Of a DNA stretch of 64,000 nt, positions 40,048 through 52,400 are shown one piece after another. Numbering within the stretch: position 1 is the stretch's first letter; each line of letters begins with the position of its first letter. Both the position numbers and the translations under genes were made by a program. Source of the DNA: Candidatus Multivorans sp. (lineage in GTDB: Bacteria; Acidobacteriota; Thermoanaerobaculia; Multivoradales; Multivoraceae); contig OZ245033.1 in NCBI GenBank assembly GCA_965224025.1, forward strand, positions 1,824,001 to 1,888,000, in the 5' to 3' direction. The notes beneath the pieces are model-generated. The model saw nothing but the letters and a program-made list of their open reading frames with translations, made no database searches and was not told where the DNA came from.

Positions 40048-40220
40048 CGTTGGATCGACGGTGAACTGCTTGACGGTGCGGTTCTTCTTCGCGGGCGCGG
40101 CGAGGAGGTCCTGTCCTTGGCACCCGAGGCGCAGAGCCGAACCCGCGCGCCAGCGAGCCTACCAACGACCATGGAGACGGAGCCCGGCGACCACCGACTG
40201 GTAGTTTCCGAGCGTCGACC

Positions 40221-41636
40221 ATGCGATGTTGCCGCCCGCCAACGCTGGCTTTCCTTTCCCTCGCCGCGCTGGCCTTGGGCTGCGGCGCCGACGCCACCCT
40301 CGAACCGCCGCGACGGGTGTTCCTGATCACCGTCGACACGCTGCGCGCCGACCACCTCGGCTGGCATGGCTACCCGCGGGACACGAGTCCTCGCCTCGAC
40401 GAATGGGTCGAACGAGGCGTCGTGTTCGAGCGCGCCATCGTCCAGTGGCCCAAGACCGGTCCGTCCTTCGCCTCGATGTTCACGAGCTTGTATCCGCACA
40501 CGACGGGACTGATCCATGACGCCGCACAGACGATTCCCGAGTCCTACGTCGCCTTGCCGGGCTGGTTCCAGGAACGGGGCTACCGCACGGCCGCGGTCAT
40601 CTCGAACCCGATACTCAGCCGGGAGCTCGGCTGGGGCCGCGGATTCGACCACTACGAGCAGACCTGGATCGACCAGGCGACTCTGGACGCGATCGACGAC
40701 CTCCCGGTCGAGCAACGGCCGATGGCGTTCCGGCGCCACGTGTGGGCCGATCGCGTGAACGAGTTGGCGGGGCCCCTGCTCGCCTCACTCGCCGCCGAGG
40801 AGCGCCTGTTCGTGTGGCTCCACTACACCGACCCGCATGTGCCCTACCTGCTCCAGCCAGGAAGCGAGAACCCCTTCCTGCACGACGAGCACTACACGGG
40901 TGATGAACTCGTCGACCTCACGGGCGCCGAGGGCCGGGCGCTTGGCGACCAGCGGGAACTCCGCTACTACGTGGCCCAGTACGACGCGAACGTCCTGGTG
41001 ATTGACCGGGCGATCGGCGCGATCCTGGACCGAATCGCAGACCTCGGCATGGAGGACGAGAGCCTGTTCGTGCTGACCGCGGACCACGGCGAGGAACTGA
41101 ACGAGCACGGGGTGCCCTTCGAGCACGGTCCAGTGCCCTACAACAGCAGCGTCAACGTGCCCCTGGTCGTCGTCGGCGAGCCGTGGGTGACCGCCGGCAC
41201 GCGCGTCGGACAACCCGTCGAGCTCATCGGGCTGTTCCCCACTCTGATCGAACTGCTCGGGGAGTCGATGCCCGAGGGTTTCGAGGGCCGGAGCTGGATG
41301 CCCCACCTGACCGGCGAGATACGGGCCGGCGACGAGCCGGATCCCGTCGCCTTCGCCGACGCCGGCGCCTACCAACGACACCTGCGGAGTATTCAGGACG
41401 AGGAGTGGCAACTCGTGCTGCGCCCCCCAAACAAACAACGCGGGAAGCCGTTGATCGAGCTCTACCACCTGCCGTCCGATCCGCTCCAGCTCCGCGACGT
41501 GGCCGAGGAGTTTCCTGACACAAAGAACCGCCTGGGGCGACGGCTCAGTAGTTGGATCCGCGAGTCGCCGGAGAACGTCAGTCCACACACGGAAGCCGCT
41601 CGCAAGGCGCTCCAGGCGATGGGCTACCTGGAGTGA
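40221..41636 (+). CDS. Sulfatase-like alkaline-phosphatase-superfamily lipoprotein
   Basis: ITVDTLRADH, KTGPSFASMFT, HYTDPH, ADHGE, ALQAMGY. Confidence 0.85.
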   Translation: MRCCRPPTLAFLSLAALALGCGADATLEPPRRVFLITVDTLRADHLGWHGYPRDTSPRLDEWVERGVVFERAIVQWPKTGPSFASMFTSLYPHTTGLIHDAAQTIPESYVALPGWFQERGYRTAAVISNPILSRELGWGRGFDHYEQTWIDQATLDAIDDLPVEQRPMAFRRHVWADRVNELAGPLLASLAAEERLFVWLHYTDPHVPYLLQPGSENPFLHDEHYTGDELVDLTGAEGRALGDQRELRYYVAQYDANVLVIDRAIGAILDRIADLGMEDESLFVLTADHGEELNEHGVPFEHGPVPYNSSVNVPLVVVGEPWVTAGTRVGQPVELIGLFPTLIELLGESMPEGFEGRSWMPHLTGEIRAGDEPDPVAFADAGAYQRHLRSIQDEEWQLVLRPPNKQRGKPLIELYHLPSDPLQLRDVAEEFPDTKNRLGRRLSSWIRESPENVSPHTEAARKALQAMGYLE

Positions 41637-42526
41637 ACGGCAGCCCGCCCTTCCCAATCGAGCGGGTCAGCGTCGTCATCCCCTGCCTCAACGCCGCCGC
41701 GACCTTGGGGGCACAGCTCGAAGCGCTGTGCCGCCAGGCCTGGCGGGGCGAAGTCGAGGTGCTCGTCGCCGACAACGGGTCGACGGACGGGTCCGTCGAA
41801 CTCGCCGAGTCCTACCGTGACCGCCTGCCAAGCCTGCGAACGCTGCACGCCGCGGACTGCAAGGGTCCGGCCCACGCCAAGAACGTCGCGGCCGCGGCGG
41901 CGACCGGCGAGGTGCTCCTGTTCTGCGACGCGGACGACGAGGCCGCCGACGGCTGGATCGACGGCCTGGTCCGCGAGTTGCAAGACCATGAGGCCGCGGC
42001 GAGCCGGCACGAGATCGAACGACTGAACGGCGAGCACGCACGCCGTCTGCACGGCGACCCGGCCCAGCAGCACGGCCTGTCCAGCTACACGAACCCGCCC
42101 TTCCTCGACCACGCCGGCGGCTGCGGCCTGGGGGTTCGACGCCACGTCTTCGAAGCCCTGGACGGCTTCGACGAGTCGTACGTCGCACTGGAGGACACCG
42201 ACTTCTGTTGGCGCCTGCAGCTCGCCGGCCACCGCCTCGTCTTCGCGCCCGACGCGGTCGTCCACGTCCGCTTCCCGGCGACGCTCGCCGGCGCCTTCCG
42301 CCAGGCGGCCCGCTACGGTCGGTACAACGTGTACATCTACACGCGCTACCGGCCGCGCGGCATGCCGCGGCTTCCGATGCTCCCCGGCCTGTTGCGGCTC
42401 GGCTCACTGGCCCTGCGCAGCCCGCAACTCCTGTCACGGGTCGCCCGCGGCCGCTTCATCTGGCTAGCCGGCTGGCGGCTGGGGCGGCTCTGGGGCTGCC
42501 TTCGCTACCGTACGATCGCGCTTTAG
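41633..42526 (+). CDS. Glycosyltransferase family 2
   Basis: SVVIPCLN, DNGSTD, FCDADD, EDTDFCWR. Confidence 0.9.
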   Translation: MNGSPPFPIERVSVVIPCLNAAATLGAQLEALCRQAWRGEVEVLVADNGSTDGSVELAESYRDRLPSLRTLHAADCKGPAHAKNVAAAAATGEVLLFCDADDEAADGWIDGLVRELQDHEAAASRHEIERLNGEHARRLHGDPAQQHGLSSYTNPPFLDHAGGCGLGVRRHVFEALDGFDESYVALEDTDFCWRLQLAGHRLVFAPDAVVHVRFPATLAGAFRQAARYGRYNVYIYTRYRPRGMPRLPMLPGLLRLGSLALRSPQLLSRVARGRFIWLAGWRLGRLWGCLRYRTIAL

Positions 42527-42558
42527 TGGAACCCGTCCCGAATCCAGACCCGGCCGCG

Positions 42559-43992
42559 ATGGGCGCCAAGCAGCGGCTGCTGCACTCCTCGATCAGCGCC
42601 TACGGCTCGATGCTCGTGCGGCTGCTGCTGGCCTTCGCCGCGCGAGCCATCCTGGCCCGGCTGATCCTGCCGGATGTCCACGGACTCTTCGCACTCGCGC
42701 TGCAGTTCGTGATCATGGCCTCGGCGATCCGCGACGTAGGCCTGACGCACCACCTGATGCGCGATCCACGCGAGTCCTACGGCACCGTCCTGGCCTGGAG
42801 CGTCGGCGTCGGCGCAGCGATGTCCATCCTGCTGGTCGCTCTCGCGAACGTCTTCTCCTACCTGAATCCGGACCTGCCCGGCGTGTTGCGGGCGATGGCG
42901 ATATGGATCGTCATCGACGCCGTCATCATGGTCTACCGCACTTTCTTCGAGCGGCGGCTTCGGATCCGGGAGATCGCCGGCTTCGAGATTCTGCGTAGCC
43001 TGGTGTACGGCCTGATCGCGGTCGGACTGGCCCATCTTGGCGCCGGGGTCTGGGCCTTCGTCGGCGGCGAGCTTCTCGCTTCGGCCCTGTTCGCGAGCCT
43101 GCTACCGTGGCGGGCGCGCGGCCAGGTTCCGCTGACCGTCGATTGGCAGCGACTCCCGGGGCTGCTCCGCGCGAGCCGCTACCTGTTCGTCGTCTGGGCC
43201 GCGACCCAGGTCTTCCACCGCGTCGACATCTACTTCATCGAGATCTTCTCGACCACCACCTCCGTTGGCCTCTACGAGCAGGCCTACTACTTCGCCTTCC
43301 TGGTCGCGCTGACCGTGACCCCGAGGCCACTGCTGCCGGCGCTGGTCGAATTCCGTGAAGACCCCGCGGAGTTCGCCGAAACGCTGCGTCTCGGCACACT
43401 GCTCTTCCTCTCCGGAATCGTCGTCTCGGCTTACTTCCTGTACTTCAATGCCGAGAAGGCAGTCCAACTCGTGCTCGGTCCCGAGTGGGCCGGCACGGTT
43501 CCGCTGCTGCGCGTCCTCTGCCTGGTGCCCCTGATCGACGTCTTCACGACGACCGGCGGCGAAGCGCTGAAGGTACAGAACCGGGACCGCCTGTGGCTGA
43601 CCACGGTGGTTCTGAACATGCTGGCCATCGTCGGCTTCGGCTTTCTGTTCACCTACAACTGGGGCCCCATCGGCATGGCCTGGGCGAACTTCCTGCGCCT
43701 CGGCAGCCTGTTGATGTTCCTCAAGGTACTCGGCATCTTCGCGGGCCGGAGACTCCGGCTCATCTCCAGCCTGGCCCAGGTCTACCTGCTGCCGCTGCCC
43801 TTCTTCCTGGCCGCGGCGGCTCTGCTGCCGACAGGAAGCTGGGGTCGGTTGCTCGCCAGTGTCGCGGCAGCGGCGCTCGGCGGCGGACTGCTGGCGCTTC
43901 GCTTCCTGCCCGACTACCGGAAGTTCTTCCGTAGGGCGCAGACGGCACCGGCGGGCACGACCGAGAGCCCCGACGGCGGGACGCCTCAGTGA
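42559..43992 (+). CDS. Oligosaccharide flippase (Wzx-like)
   Basis: About 12 hydrophobic segments; LARLILP..HGLFALA; GVWAFV; LVLGPEW. Confidence 0.85.
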   Translation: MGAKQRLLHSSISAYGSMLVRLLLAFAARAILARLILPDVHGLFALALQFVIMASAIRDVGLTHHLMRDPRESYGTVLAWSVGVGAAMSILLVALANVFSYLNPDLPGVLRAMAIWIVIDAVIMVYRTFFERRLRIREIAGFEILRSLVYGLIAVGLAHLGAGVWAFVGGELLASALFASLLPWRARGQVPLTVDWQRLPGLLRASRYLFVVWAATQVFHRVDIYFIEIFSTTTSVGLYEQAYYFAFLVALTVTPRPLLPALVEFREDPAEFAETLRLGTLLFLSGIVVSAYFLYFNAEKAVQLVLGPEWAGTVPLLRVLCLVPLIDVFTTTGGEALKVQNRDRLWLTTVVLNMLAIVGFGFLFTYNWGPIGMAWANFLRLGSLLMFLKVLGIFAGRRLRLISSLAQVYLLPLPFFLAAAALLPTGSWGRLLASVAAAALGGGLLALRFLPDYRKFFRRAQTAPAGTTESPDGGTPQ

Positions 43993-45599
43993 CCGATCGC
44001 CGGGCGCTGCACATCCTCGGCGCGTCCGTGGCGGCCCTGCCGCTGCTTACCCTCCTGTTCGTGCCGATCCGTACGATCGACGACGCCTTCATCACGTTCC
44101 GATACGCCCGCAACCTGGCCTCCGGCGACGGCCTGGTGTTCAATCTCGGCGAGCGGGTCGAGGGGGCGACCAGCCTCTCGTGGACGCTCCTGCTCACGGC
44201 CGCGGAGACGCTTCGCCTGCCGATCGAGGGGACGGCACTCGTGCTCGGCGTGTCCTTCGCCCTGCTCGCGCTGCGGGAGGCGTACCTGCTCGGTCGCCGC
44301 CTCGGCGCCTCACCCGCCGCATGTCTGGCGGCGGTCGCCCTGGTGGCGGTTCACGGTCGCTTCTGGCTCGTCGCCGCCAACGGTCTCGAGGGGGGGCTGT
44401 TCGCATTCCTGGTCGTGCTCGTCGCTCGCAAGACCGTCGAGGACGCCGACGCCAGGCTGATCGGCGCTCTGCTGGGCCTGCTGTTCCTTACTCGACCGGA
44501 GAGCCTGCTCATCCTGCTCCTTGTTCTCGCCTACCAGGTCCTTGGTGCTCGCGGGCAAGACCGCGAATCGGCCATGCCCGCCACCGGGAATCTCCGTCCC
44601 GGGAAGGCAGGCGCCTCGCCCGCATCCGGCGCCCTCCGACGCGCCACCCCAACCGCGGCCGTCGCCCTCGCCATCATTGGCGCCGCGTCAATCTGGCGAC
44701 TCGGTTACTACGGCGCCCTGCTGCCGAACTCGGTCGCCGCCAAGTCCGCGCTTTCCGCCGGGCCGGAGGCATTGCTGGCGAATCTCCTAGCGGGCCTCTC
44801 CTACACCGTCCGCTTCGAGATCGCGCACGCGCCGCTGATCCTCGGCGCCGCGATCGCACTCGTCCTCAAACCAACGAACCGGGCCTTGTGGCTGTCCCTG
44901 CTCGTCGTGGCGTCGGAGATCCCGGCGGTGCTCGTCAACGGCGGCGACTGGATGCCCCACTACCGGCTGTTCATGGTCTTCCTGCCGGTGCTTGCAGCTC
45001 CCCTTGCCCTCGGCCTGTCAGCGACCTTCGAAGACTGGGATCACCCGGGCCGCCGACGGCGACGGGCGACCTGGGTTCTCGCCCTGCTGGCCCTGAGCGC
45101 CGCCTTCATGCTCAGCCGCAGTCCGTGGCAGTCCTCACCCGGACCCCGATTCGAGTTCCACCCGATCGCGAACTGCTACCGGTTCATGGCCACGCGGCTT
45201 CAACCCCACCTCGAGACGAGCGACATCGCCGCTTCCGAAGCGATCGGACTCTTCGGCTGGGTACTCCAGGACACGACGATCCACGATCCACTCGGCCTCG
45301 TCGATACGCACCACGCGCGCCACGGCGAGTACCACGGCCAGTGGGGCAAGACGGACTACACCCACCTCCACGAAGCCTGGCCGGCGGTCCTGGTCCTCCA
45401 CGACGGTTCCGTCGTGACGCCCGAGAAGATCGACCGCGGCACGAACGGCGCCTTCAACCGCGACTACTCGGCGTGGTTCGTCAGCCATCCACCGGCCTGC
45501 GCGCCGTACCGGCTGATCGTCTATATCGACAACCGCCATCTCGAGCAACTACGGCCGGCGCTCGACGGGCTGGTCGTCGAACCGCTTGGAGACGAGTAG
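43989..45599 (+). CDS. GT-C fold membrane glycosyltransferase (AftB-like)
   Basis: [12 protein letters not shown]...[32 protein letters not shown]. Confidence 0.75.
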   Translation: MTDRRALHILGASVAALPLLTLLFVPIRTIDDAFITFRYARNLASGDGLVFNLGERVEGATSLSWTLLLTAAETLRLPIEGTALVLGVSFALLALREAYLLGRRLGASPAACLAAVALVAVHGRFWLVAANGLEGGLFAFLVVLVARKTVEDADARLIGALLGLLFLTRPESLLILLLVLAYQVLGARGQDRESAMPATGNLRPGKAGASPASGALRRATPTAAVALAIIGAASIWRLGYYGALLPNSVAAKSALSAGPEALLANLLAGLSYTVRFEIAHAPLILGAAIALVLKPTNRALWLSLLVVASEIPAVLVNGGDWMPHYRLFMVFLPVLAAPLALGLSATFEDWDHPGRRRRRATWVLALLALSAAFMLSRSPWQSSPGPRFEFHPIANCYRFMATRLQPHLETSDIAASEAIGLFGWVLQDTTIHDPLGLVDTHHARHGEYHGQWGKTDYTHLHEAWPAVLVLHDGSVVTPEKIDRGTNGAFNRDYSAWFVSHPPACAPYRLIVYIDNRHLEQLRPALDGLVVEPLGDE

Positions 45600-45602
45600 C
45601 CC

Positions 45603-46544
45603 TCAGCCGGGCGGTAGCCGACGGCGCAACCAGATCGAGCCGAAGTGGGTGTCGTAGTCCTCGACCTCGACCGGCCGGTAGCCGGGGATCGTCCGCTCGA
45701 GGAAGGCTTCGTCCGCGTGGCGGATCATCGGCGCTGACAGCACGACCTCGAACTCGCGGTTGAAGCTCAGGAAGGCCTGCAGGACCATCGCCTCCGTGCG
45801 GTAGAGCGGCCATTTGGCGCGGAAGATGTACTGCTCGGCCGGATACGGCGTGTTGTACGGGAAGTGGATGTCGTGGACGTGGATCACGACTCCCGGCCGC
45901 AGCCGCGGCAGGACTTCCAGGAACAGAAACGCGACATCCCCGCCCAGCTTGAGCACGTGCGTCGAGTCGATGAACAGCACGTCGCCAGCATCCAGAGCCT
46001 CGAAGAGGCCAAGGTCGGTGGCCTCGACCTTCGAAACCACCGCGTTCACCGGCGGCTCCTCCAACTCGCTCAGCCGACCGGTCGGAAACGGATCGACGCA
46101 GGTCATCTCGCAAGGACTACCCTCGCGCCCATTCGCCGCCGCCGCCAGCCACGCGTGGTACGTCGAAAGACCCGAGCCGATCTCCACGTATCGCGCCGGC
46201 CTGAGGTCCCGAACCATCAAGTACGTCGTGAGAGCATCGACCACCGGGAACCCGGGCCCGTAGCCCAGCGCCCTGATCTCACTGTGCGGCGGCAATGCCT
46301 CGAACTCGCCGCCATGCACCTCGATCAACGCCGAGAGCAGCCCCTTCATCGCCTCCAGGTCGTAACGGAGCCCCACGAGCTCGCTCGGCCGATCCCAGAG
46401 GTCACGCGTCTCCTCCACCTCCGACAACACCGGCAACGGCGAGTAGAAGTCGGCCGTTCGGGCCACGTTCCAGCCCAGCCACCGCAAAGTGGCAAACACG
46501 GCCGCGTGCAGCCGGCGGTAGATCGTTCTGGCTACCTCGACCAT
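45603..46544 (-). CDS. Class I SAM-dependent methyltransferase (Methyltransf_24-like)
   Basis: EIGSGLST, LFIDSTH, GVVIHVHDI. Confidence 0.87.
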   Translation of the reverse strand: MVEVARTIYRRLHAAVFATLRWLGWNVARTADFYSPLPVLSEVEETRDLWDRPSELVGLRYDLEAMKGLLSALIEVHGGEFEALPPHSEIRALGYGPGFPVVDALTTYLMVRDLRPARYVEIGSGLSTYHAWLAAAANGREGSPCEMTCVDPFPTGRLSELEEPPVNAVVSKVEATDLGLFEALDAGDVLFIDSTHVLKLGGDVAFLFLEVLPRLRPGVVIHVHDIHFPYNTPYPAEQYIFRAKWPLYRTEAMVLQAFLSFNREFEVVLSAPMIRHADEAFLERTIPGYRPVEVEDYDTHFGSIWLRRRLPPG

Positions 46545-46615
46545 CCCAGGGCCGACGATAGCCCGTTCAGAGGTCACGCGTGCCGCAGGGGCCCTCGTTC
46601 GACCAAACGCGCCAT

Positions 46616-46843
46616 TTAGAGTGCGCCCTCGGCCCACCTAGCCAGTGCGAGCGCTTCCCTGTAGTCATCCTTCGCGCCGGATCATGAGGGCCTTGACGGC
46701 CTGCTCGCCGCCTGCTGCGCGTCGTGGCACATGTCTTCCAGGTAGACGTCGGGGATGCGCTCGCGAGCCCGGCGCAAGTTGCTCCTCGCGCGGTTCAACC
46801 ATTCCCGCGGGTCGTCCGGCGGGTAGCGCTCAGGCGGCTTCAT
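46616..46843 (-). pseudogene. HEPN-domain toxin remnant
   Basis: MKPPERYPPDDPREWLNRARSNL...EDMCHDAQQA[fs]EQAVKA, then a jump to the C-terminal DDYREALALARWAE. Confidence 0.7.
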
Positions 46844-47188
46844 AGATGACCTTGCCCTCCGTCAATGCGGGTTTGTAGACCAGAGCGTGGCAGTCCCTAT
46901 AGCGCTCCAGCGAGCTTGGGGACACGACGATCGCATCCACGGCGGCGCCGACGCCGTACAGGTTGCCATAGATCCATCCCATGGCGTCGAGCGGGTCCAC
47001 TCCATCCTTGACCACGAGGAGGTCCACATCGCTGTGGCGGGTCATCTCGTCCCGCGCCGCTGAGCCAAACAGGATGATCCTCTCAGGCTGACGGCCTCGA
47101 CGACCCGCCGGACGATCTCGTCGAGCACGTCCGGATCCAGGCGGCCGCTCGGCCGCGGCGCGGCTTCCTGGTTCGCAGCGCGCCTCAC
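46830..47188 (-). pseudogene. Minimal nucleotidyltransferase (MNT antitoxin), frameshifted
   Basis: LDEIVRRVVEA[fs]QPERIILFGSAARDEM...SDVDLLVV. Confidence 0.75.
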
Positions 47189-47197
47189 ATCCACATG

Positions 47198-49117
47198 TTA
47201 GCGCCTCACAGCCGACGCAACGCGCCACGACAAACGCAAACCGACGACGATCGTGCGGCCCGGCGTTGCGAAACCGGGGACTTCAAAGTAGTCCTCGTCG
47301 AGGAAATTCTCGATCCGCACGAAGGGCTTGAGCATCGACCAGGCGTAGCTCAGGTGGACGTCGACCTTGGTGTAGTCGTCCATCACGGCGCCGTTCGAGT
47401 CGATGCGGTCCGAAACGAACGCCGCCATGACGGCCGCCGCGAACCGGTCCGTCGGCTGCAACTGTGCGACCGCCGTCGTGCGGTGTTTCGGCCGCCGGGC
47501 CAACGGATTGCCCGTCGCCTTGTCTTCCGTCCGGTTGACCGTGTGCGAGAACTCCAGGCTGTAGTCGATGTCCGGGCGGTAGAGCAGCGTCAACTCCGCG
47601 CCGCTGGAGCTCGCCTGCGCCAGGTTGCCGAATGTGAAACTCGTCAGATCGAACTCGATCAGTTGATCGAAGTCGATCTCGAACCAGGTCAGATCGAGAG
47701 TCACGCCCGAATCGCCGATGCGCTGCTGCACTCCGATGTCGAAGCCCTCCGTGGTCTCCGGCAACAGGTTCGGATCGCCGGAGAACGGGAAGTAGAGCTC
47801 GTCGAAGTTCGGGGCGCGGAACGCGGTGCCGTAGCTCCCGTGGACGCGGCCGCGGCCGGCGCTCCAGCCGCCAGACACCGTGACGCGATGGCTCGTCTCG
47901 GAGCCGAACACGGAGTGGCGATCACCGCGTACCGCGGCGGTCAGATGCACCTCGTCCGTGATCGACCACTGGTCCTGCACGAACCACGAGTCCAGGTCGG
48001 CCTCCTCGTCGAAGGCGCCGACGCTCAGCCCCCTCCGCTTCTCCGTCGAGAGACCGACGTTCAGCACGTTGTCCGCGGCCAGCGATATGTCCGACTGCAG
48101 GTCGATCTGCCGAATATCCGAACGGATCTCGTAGTTGTTCCAGATCGTGTCCGGGTCGCTGCCGAGCAGCGAACCCTCGGTCTGGCCGACGCGCACCGTC
48201 TGCCGCCAGAACGAACTGAGGTCCTTCTCGACGACGAGAGCCACCGTGTCCTCGTCCTGAGCGGCCATCGCATTCAGGTCCTCGGGGCCGAAGCCGTCCA
48301 CCGCCGTATCGGCCCGGTAGAAGCGAACACGCAGGTCGATCCGGCCGTCGTCGAGGAAGGCGGCGCCGAGACGGGTGCTGTATGTCCGGTTCTCGAACGG
48401 ATCGTCTTCGACCGCGCCGCCCTCGATCGCGCGGTGAGACACGCCGTCGGTGCTCAACTCGGTCGCCGAAACGCTGTAGTCCCAACGATCCGACGCGCCC
48501 AAGAAGCCCAGATCGAATCGACGGTGGTCGTGGGTGCCCGCTTCCCCGGTCGCGTTCAGCCGCCAACCCGGGCCGCCGCGGCCGGTCGTGATGCTGATCA
48601 CCCCGGTCATCGCCTCCGAACCGTAGGTCGCCTGCGGACCCCGAAGCACCTCGATGCGCTCGATGTTGGCGGCCAGCAGGTTGGCGAAGTCGACCGTGCC
48701 GCCGGCGACCGAGTTCACCCGCACGCCGTCGACGAGGACCAGGGCCTGCGCACCCGAGCCGCCGCGCACGCGGACGGTTGCGATCTTGCCCGGGCCTCCG
48801 GCATGAGTCACCTCGGTGCCAGGCACCGTGCGGAGCAGGTCGAGCACCGCCACGGGGTTGCGCCGTTCGATCTCTTCGCCGTCGATCACCGTGACCGCGC
48901 TGCCGACCTCCGAAGCCGGCACCTCGTAGCGGTTCGCGCTGACGACGATCTCTTCCGCGAGGACCGGCGTCTCGTCTTCAGCTTCGTCGTGCTGATGGCC
49001 GGCTGTTGCTGCCGGCGCCAGCAGGATCGTGGCTGCCACGCCGTGGATCCACCACCGGTAGCGCCTGCACGTGCCGCCGCCACTGCGAGCGGACTCGCCC
49101 TCTCTCCTGTCGTTCAT
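47198..49117 (-). CDS. btuB: TonB-dependent cobalamin receptor
   Basis: EEIVVSANR TonB box, IERIEVLRGPQ, SYGTAFRAP; lies downstream of a cobalamin riboswitch. Confidence 0.88.
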   Translation of the reverse strand: MNDRREGESARSGGGTCRRYRWWIHGVAATILLAPAATAGHQHDEAEDETPVLAEEIVVSANRYEVPASEVGSAVTVIDGEEIERRNPVAVLDLLRTVPGTEVTHAGGPGKIATVRVRGGSGAQALVLVDGVRVNSVAGGTVDFANLLAANIERIEVLRGPQATYGSEAMTGVISITTGRGGPGWRLNATGEAGTHDHRRFDLGFLGASDRWDYSVSATELSTDGVSHRAIEGGAVEDDPFENRTYSTRLGAAFLDDGRIDLRVRFYRADTAVDGFGPEDLNAMAAQDEDTVALVVEKDLSSFWRQTVRVGQTEGSLLGSDPDTIWNNYEIRSDIRQIDLQSDISLAADNVLNVGLSTEKRRGLSVGAFDEEADLDSWFVQDQWSITDEVHLTAAVRGDRHSVFGSETSHRVTVSGGWSAGRGRVHGSYGTAFRAPNFDELYFPFSGDPNLLPETTEGFDIGVQQRIGDSGVTLDLTWFEIDFDQLIEFDLTSFTFGNLAQASSSGAELTLLYRPDIDYSLEFSHTVNRTEDKATGNPLARRPKHRTTAVAQLQPTDRFAAAVMAAFVSDRIDSNGAVMDDYTKVDVHLSYAWSMLKPFVRIENFLDEDYFEVPGFATPGRTIVVGLRLSWRVASAVRR

Positions 49118-49189
49118 TTCGGGCCTTCCTCCCCCGCGGGATTCCTGCTCCGGGCGGCCTTCCGGGCCGGCGGAGCGTTGTTGCCTCGG

Positions 49190-49390
49190 CAGGCAGCCAG
49201 GTCTCCTGACTCACCTTCCTCCTACTCGCCGGCCCTTCCCATCCCGGTCTCGGGACAGTGGTTAGCACCGGTTTTCGTCCGGATCACAGTCGCGGGGCGG
49301 TGGGAGATTCGCACTCCCTTCCCTTGAACTGCCTGCGTTTTACTGTGTGCTCAGACTCCCGCCGTGATGTTCCTCTTCGCGATGGTTGGA
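49190..49390 (-). ncRNA. Cobalamin (B12) riboswitch
   Basis: Minus strand AGGGAAGGGAGTGCGAATCTCC...GCCCCGCGACTGT...CCACTG...GGGAAGG...AGTCAGGAGACCTG (B12 box); 5' boundary approximate. Confidence 0.9.
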
Positions 49391-49489
49391 GAATCAGGCT
49401 GCGAGCCGGCATCGTACCAGCCCGGAGCCGCCCGCACCGGATTGCGCCAACACCTGCCGAACGCCCACCGGGCGACCTACAATCACCCG

Positions 49490-52400
49490 ATGCCCCGCCC
49501 CCCGCACGCTGCCGGCTCCGGCGAGCAACTGCCGCTCCTGACGAGCCAGCCCGACACGCCGCTGCAGCTTCATGCGTCGAACCGCCTGGAGACCCTGGCG
49601 GCCCGGCTCGCCGACAGGATGCGGCAGAGCCCGGCCGAGCCGCTCGAGCCGGAGCGCCTCGTCGTGCCCGACGCCCTGCTCGGCCAGTGGCTGCGCCTCG
49701 AACTCGCGGGCCACCTCGGCGTCGCCGCCCACTTGCGGGTCGAGTTGCCGGCGGAGTTCGCCTGGGCCGCGATGCGCGAGGAGGTGAAGGGGCTGACCGG
49801 AGACTCCGTCTACGGGCCGCCCTACCTCCGCTGGAGGATCTTCGACCGGCTGGGGGACTGGGCGGAACACGACGAGATCGCGCGCTACCTGGAGGACGGC
49901 GACCCGCGCAAGCGCTTCGAGCTTGCCGACCGGCTCGCCGTCGCCTTCGACCATTGCCGCGTGTATCGGCCGGAGAGCATCCGCGCCTGGCAGCGGGGGT
50001 CGGCGGACGGATGGCACGCCCGGCTATGGGCGGATCTCGCCGCGGCCGACACCGAGCCGCGCCACTGGGTCGACGCCATCGACCGCTATCGCGACGCGCT
50101 CGCCGCGCGCACGGCGGCCGCCCCGAGGAATCGCGTCAGCCTCTTCCATGTGGCCCAGATGTCGCCCACCTACGTCGAAGTGCTGCGGCTCGCCGCTTCG
50201 GTGATGGACGTTCACGTGTACGTCCTGAGCCCGAGCCGACGTTTCTGGACCGTTCCGGCCGCTCCCTCGGGCCGCCGCAAGGCCGAACACGCCGGGGAAG
50301 CCGGAGAAGCGAACGAACTGCTCGACGTCTGGGGGCGGTCGGCGCGGGACCTCCGGGACCAGCTCTTCGCCGAGCCGAACGCCGTCGTCATGGCCAGCGG
50401 TCCGCGGGAAGACGACGTGCCGCGCGCTGCCACATGCCTCGCCGCCCTGCAGCACGACATTCTGGGCGCCGCCCCGGATGCCCGCGTCAGCCGGGCCGAA
50501 CCAACCGGGCCGGACGACTCGATCCAGCTCCACGTCTGCCATTCACCCACGCGCGAAGTCGAGATCCTGCACGACCGCCTGCTCGGCATCTTCGACACCC
50601 ACGAAGGCATAGAGCCCGCCGACGTGCTGGTGCTCACGCCGGACATCGACACCTACGCCCCGCTGGTCGAGGCGGTGTTCGGCGCTGCCGGCCGCATCGG
50701 CTTCAGCATCGGAGCGCGGCGGCTCAAGGAAGGTGCCGCCCTGACCGCCTTCCTCGACCTGCTGGCACTGCCCGCCTCCCGCTATACCGCGAGCGACCTG
50801 CTGGCGCCGCTGCTCGCCGAATCCGTGCGCGGCCGCTTCGGCATCTCCGACACGGATCTCGCGACGCTCCGCGGCGCCGTCGCCCGCTCCCGGATCCGCT
50901 GGGGCACCGACGGCGAGCACCGGACCGAACTCGACGTTCCCGCGTCGGCGAACCACAACTGGCGCCGGGGCCTCGACCGGCTGGTGCTCGGCTACGCGCT
51001 CGACGAAGACGACGTGCTGGCCGGCGGCATCAACCCCTGCGCGCTCGATCGGTGGGGTTTCCACGACGGCGCCGCCGACTACGAGCTGCTCGGCCGCTTC
51101 CACCGCTACTGCGATCTCGCGGTCGGGCTCGGCGGCTGGATGAAGGCCGAACGGGAGGCCGGCGGCTGGGCGGACCGCCTGCGAAGCGACGTCCTGGACG
51201 GGTTCTTCGACGCCGGAATCCGCTCCGGATCCGAGGCCGCCCGGGAGGTGCGTACGGTGTCCCGGCTGATCGAGGAGTTCGACGACGAGTGCCGGCAGGC
51301 CGGCAACGCCGGCCCCATCCCGTTCCCGGTGCTGCGCGGTGTGCTGAACGACCTCGCCGCGCAGTCCGTCCGCTCGGCGCCCCGACTCGCGGACGGCATC
51401 GCGGTCGCGTCCCTGGCCTCGGGGGAGGTCTTCCCGGCGAACGTGGTCTGCACCGTCGGCATGAACGACCGCGCCTTCCCGCGCCGCTCACCGCCCGAGG
51501 TCTTCGACTTCGAGGCAGAGCTGTTCGACCGCGAGAAGCCCAGGCCAGGCGACCCGGACCGCCGCGACGGCGACCGCTTCGCCTTCCTGGAGGCCCTGCT
51601 TGCCGCCCGGAACTGTTTCGTCGTGACCTGCACTGGCAGGGACCTGCAGGAGGACAAGCCGATTCCGCCGTCCGTCCTCGTCAGCGAGCTCCTGGACTAC
51701 CTGACTGAGCGCTTTCCCGCCCAGGAACCCGAACCCCGCGACCGCTGGCGAACGGAGCATCCGCTGCAACCTTTCAGCCGCCGCTACTTCGAGGCCGACG
51801 AGCCGAACCTGTTCAGCTTCTCGCGGCCGATGCTTCAGGCCGCGAAGGCGCTGCGGTCGCGCGGCGAGGAACCCCGCCGCTTCGAGGGCGAACTGGCCGC
51901 GGAGCAGGCCGACGGCGCGCCGGTGGAGGTCGAACTGGAGGACCTGATCCGCTTCTCCGAGAGCCCTTCGAAGGACTTCCTGCGGAACCGGCTCGGCATG
52001 GCTCTCACTACACGCGAGGACGACGTGGAGAACGAGCCGCTCGACCTGAACCCGCTTGAGGTCTGGCAGTTGAAGAGCGACCTGATCGGGAAGGACGAAC
52101 TGAACGACGAAGCAACCCTCGAGCTCGCGGCGGCCCGCGGCCTGCTGCCCGCGGCCAACCTGGGGCGCATCCAACACCGGCAGTCGGCGGCGCAGGTTGC
52201 GGAGCTCGACAAGGAGCTCAAGAAGTTCGACGCTCATCGCGAGGCGCCGGTCCAAGGTCTCGAGGTTGAGCTTGAAGGCGTCCGGTTGGTCGGCGCGGTC
52301 AACCGGTTTCATACGCAGAGCAACGAACTTCTCTTCTGGCGCATCGGAAGGGTCCGGCCGAAGGACCGGATCGCGACCTGGCTCAGGCTGCTCGCACTGA

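Noticed and set aside
49364-49489. Longer recC N-terminus from the ORF track
   Set aside because: It overlaps the riboswitch/promoter region; RecC similarity begins only near LQLHASNRLE.
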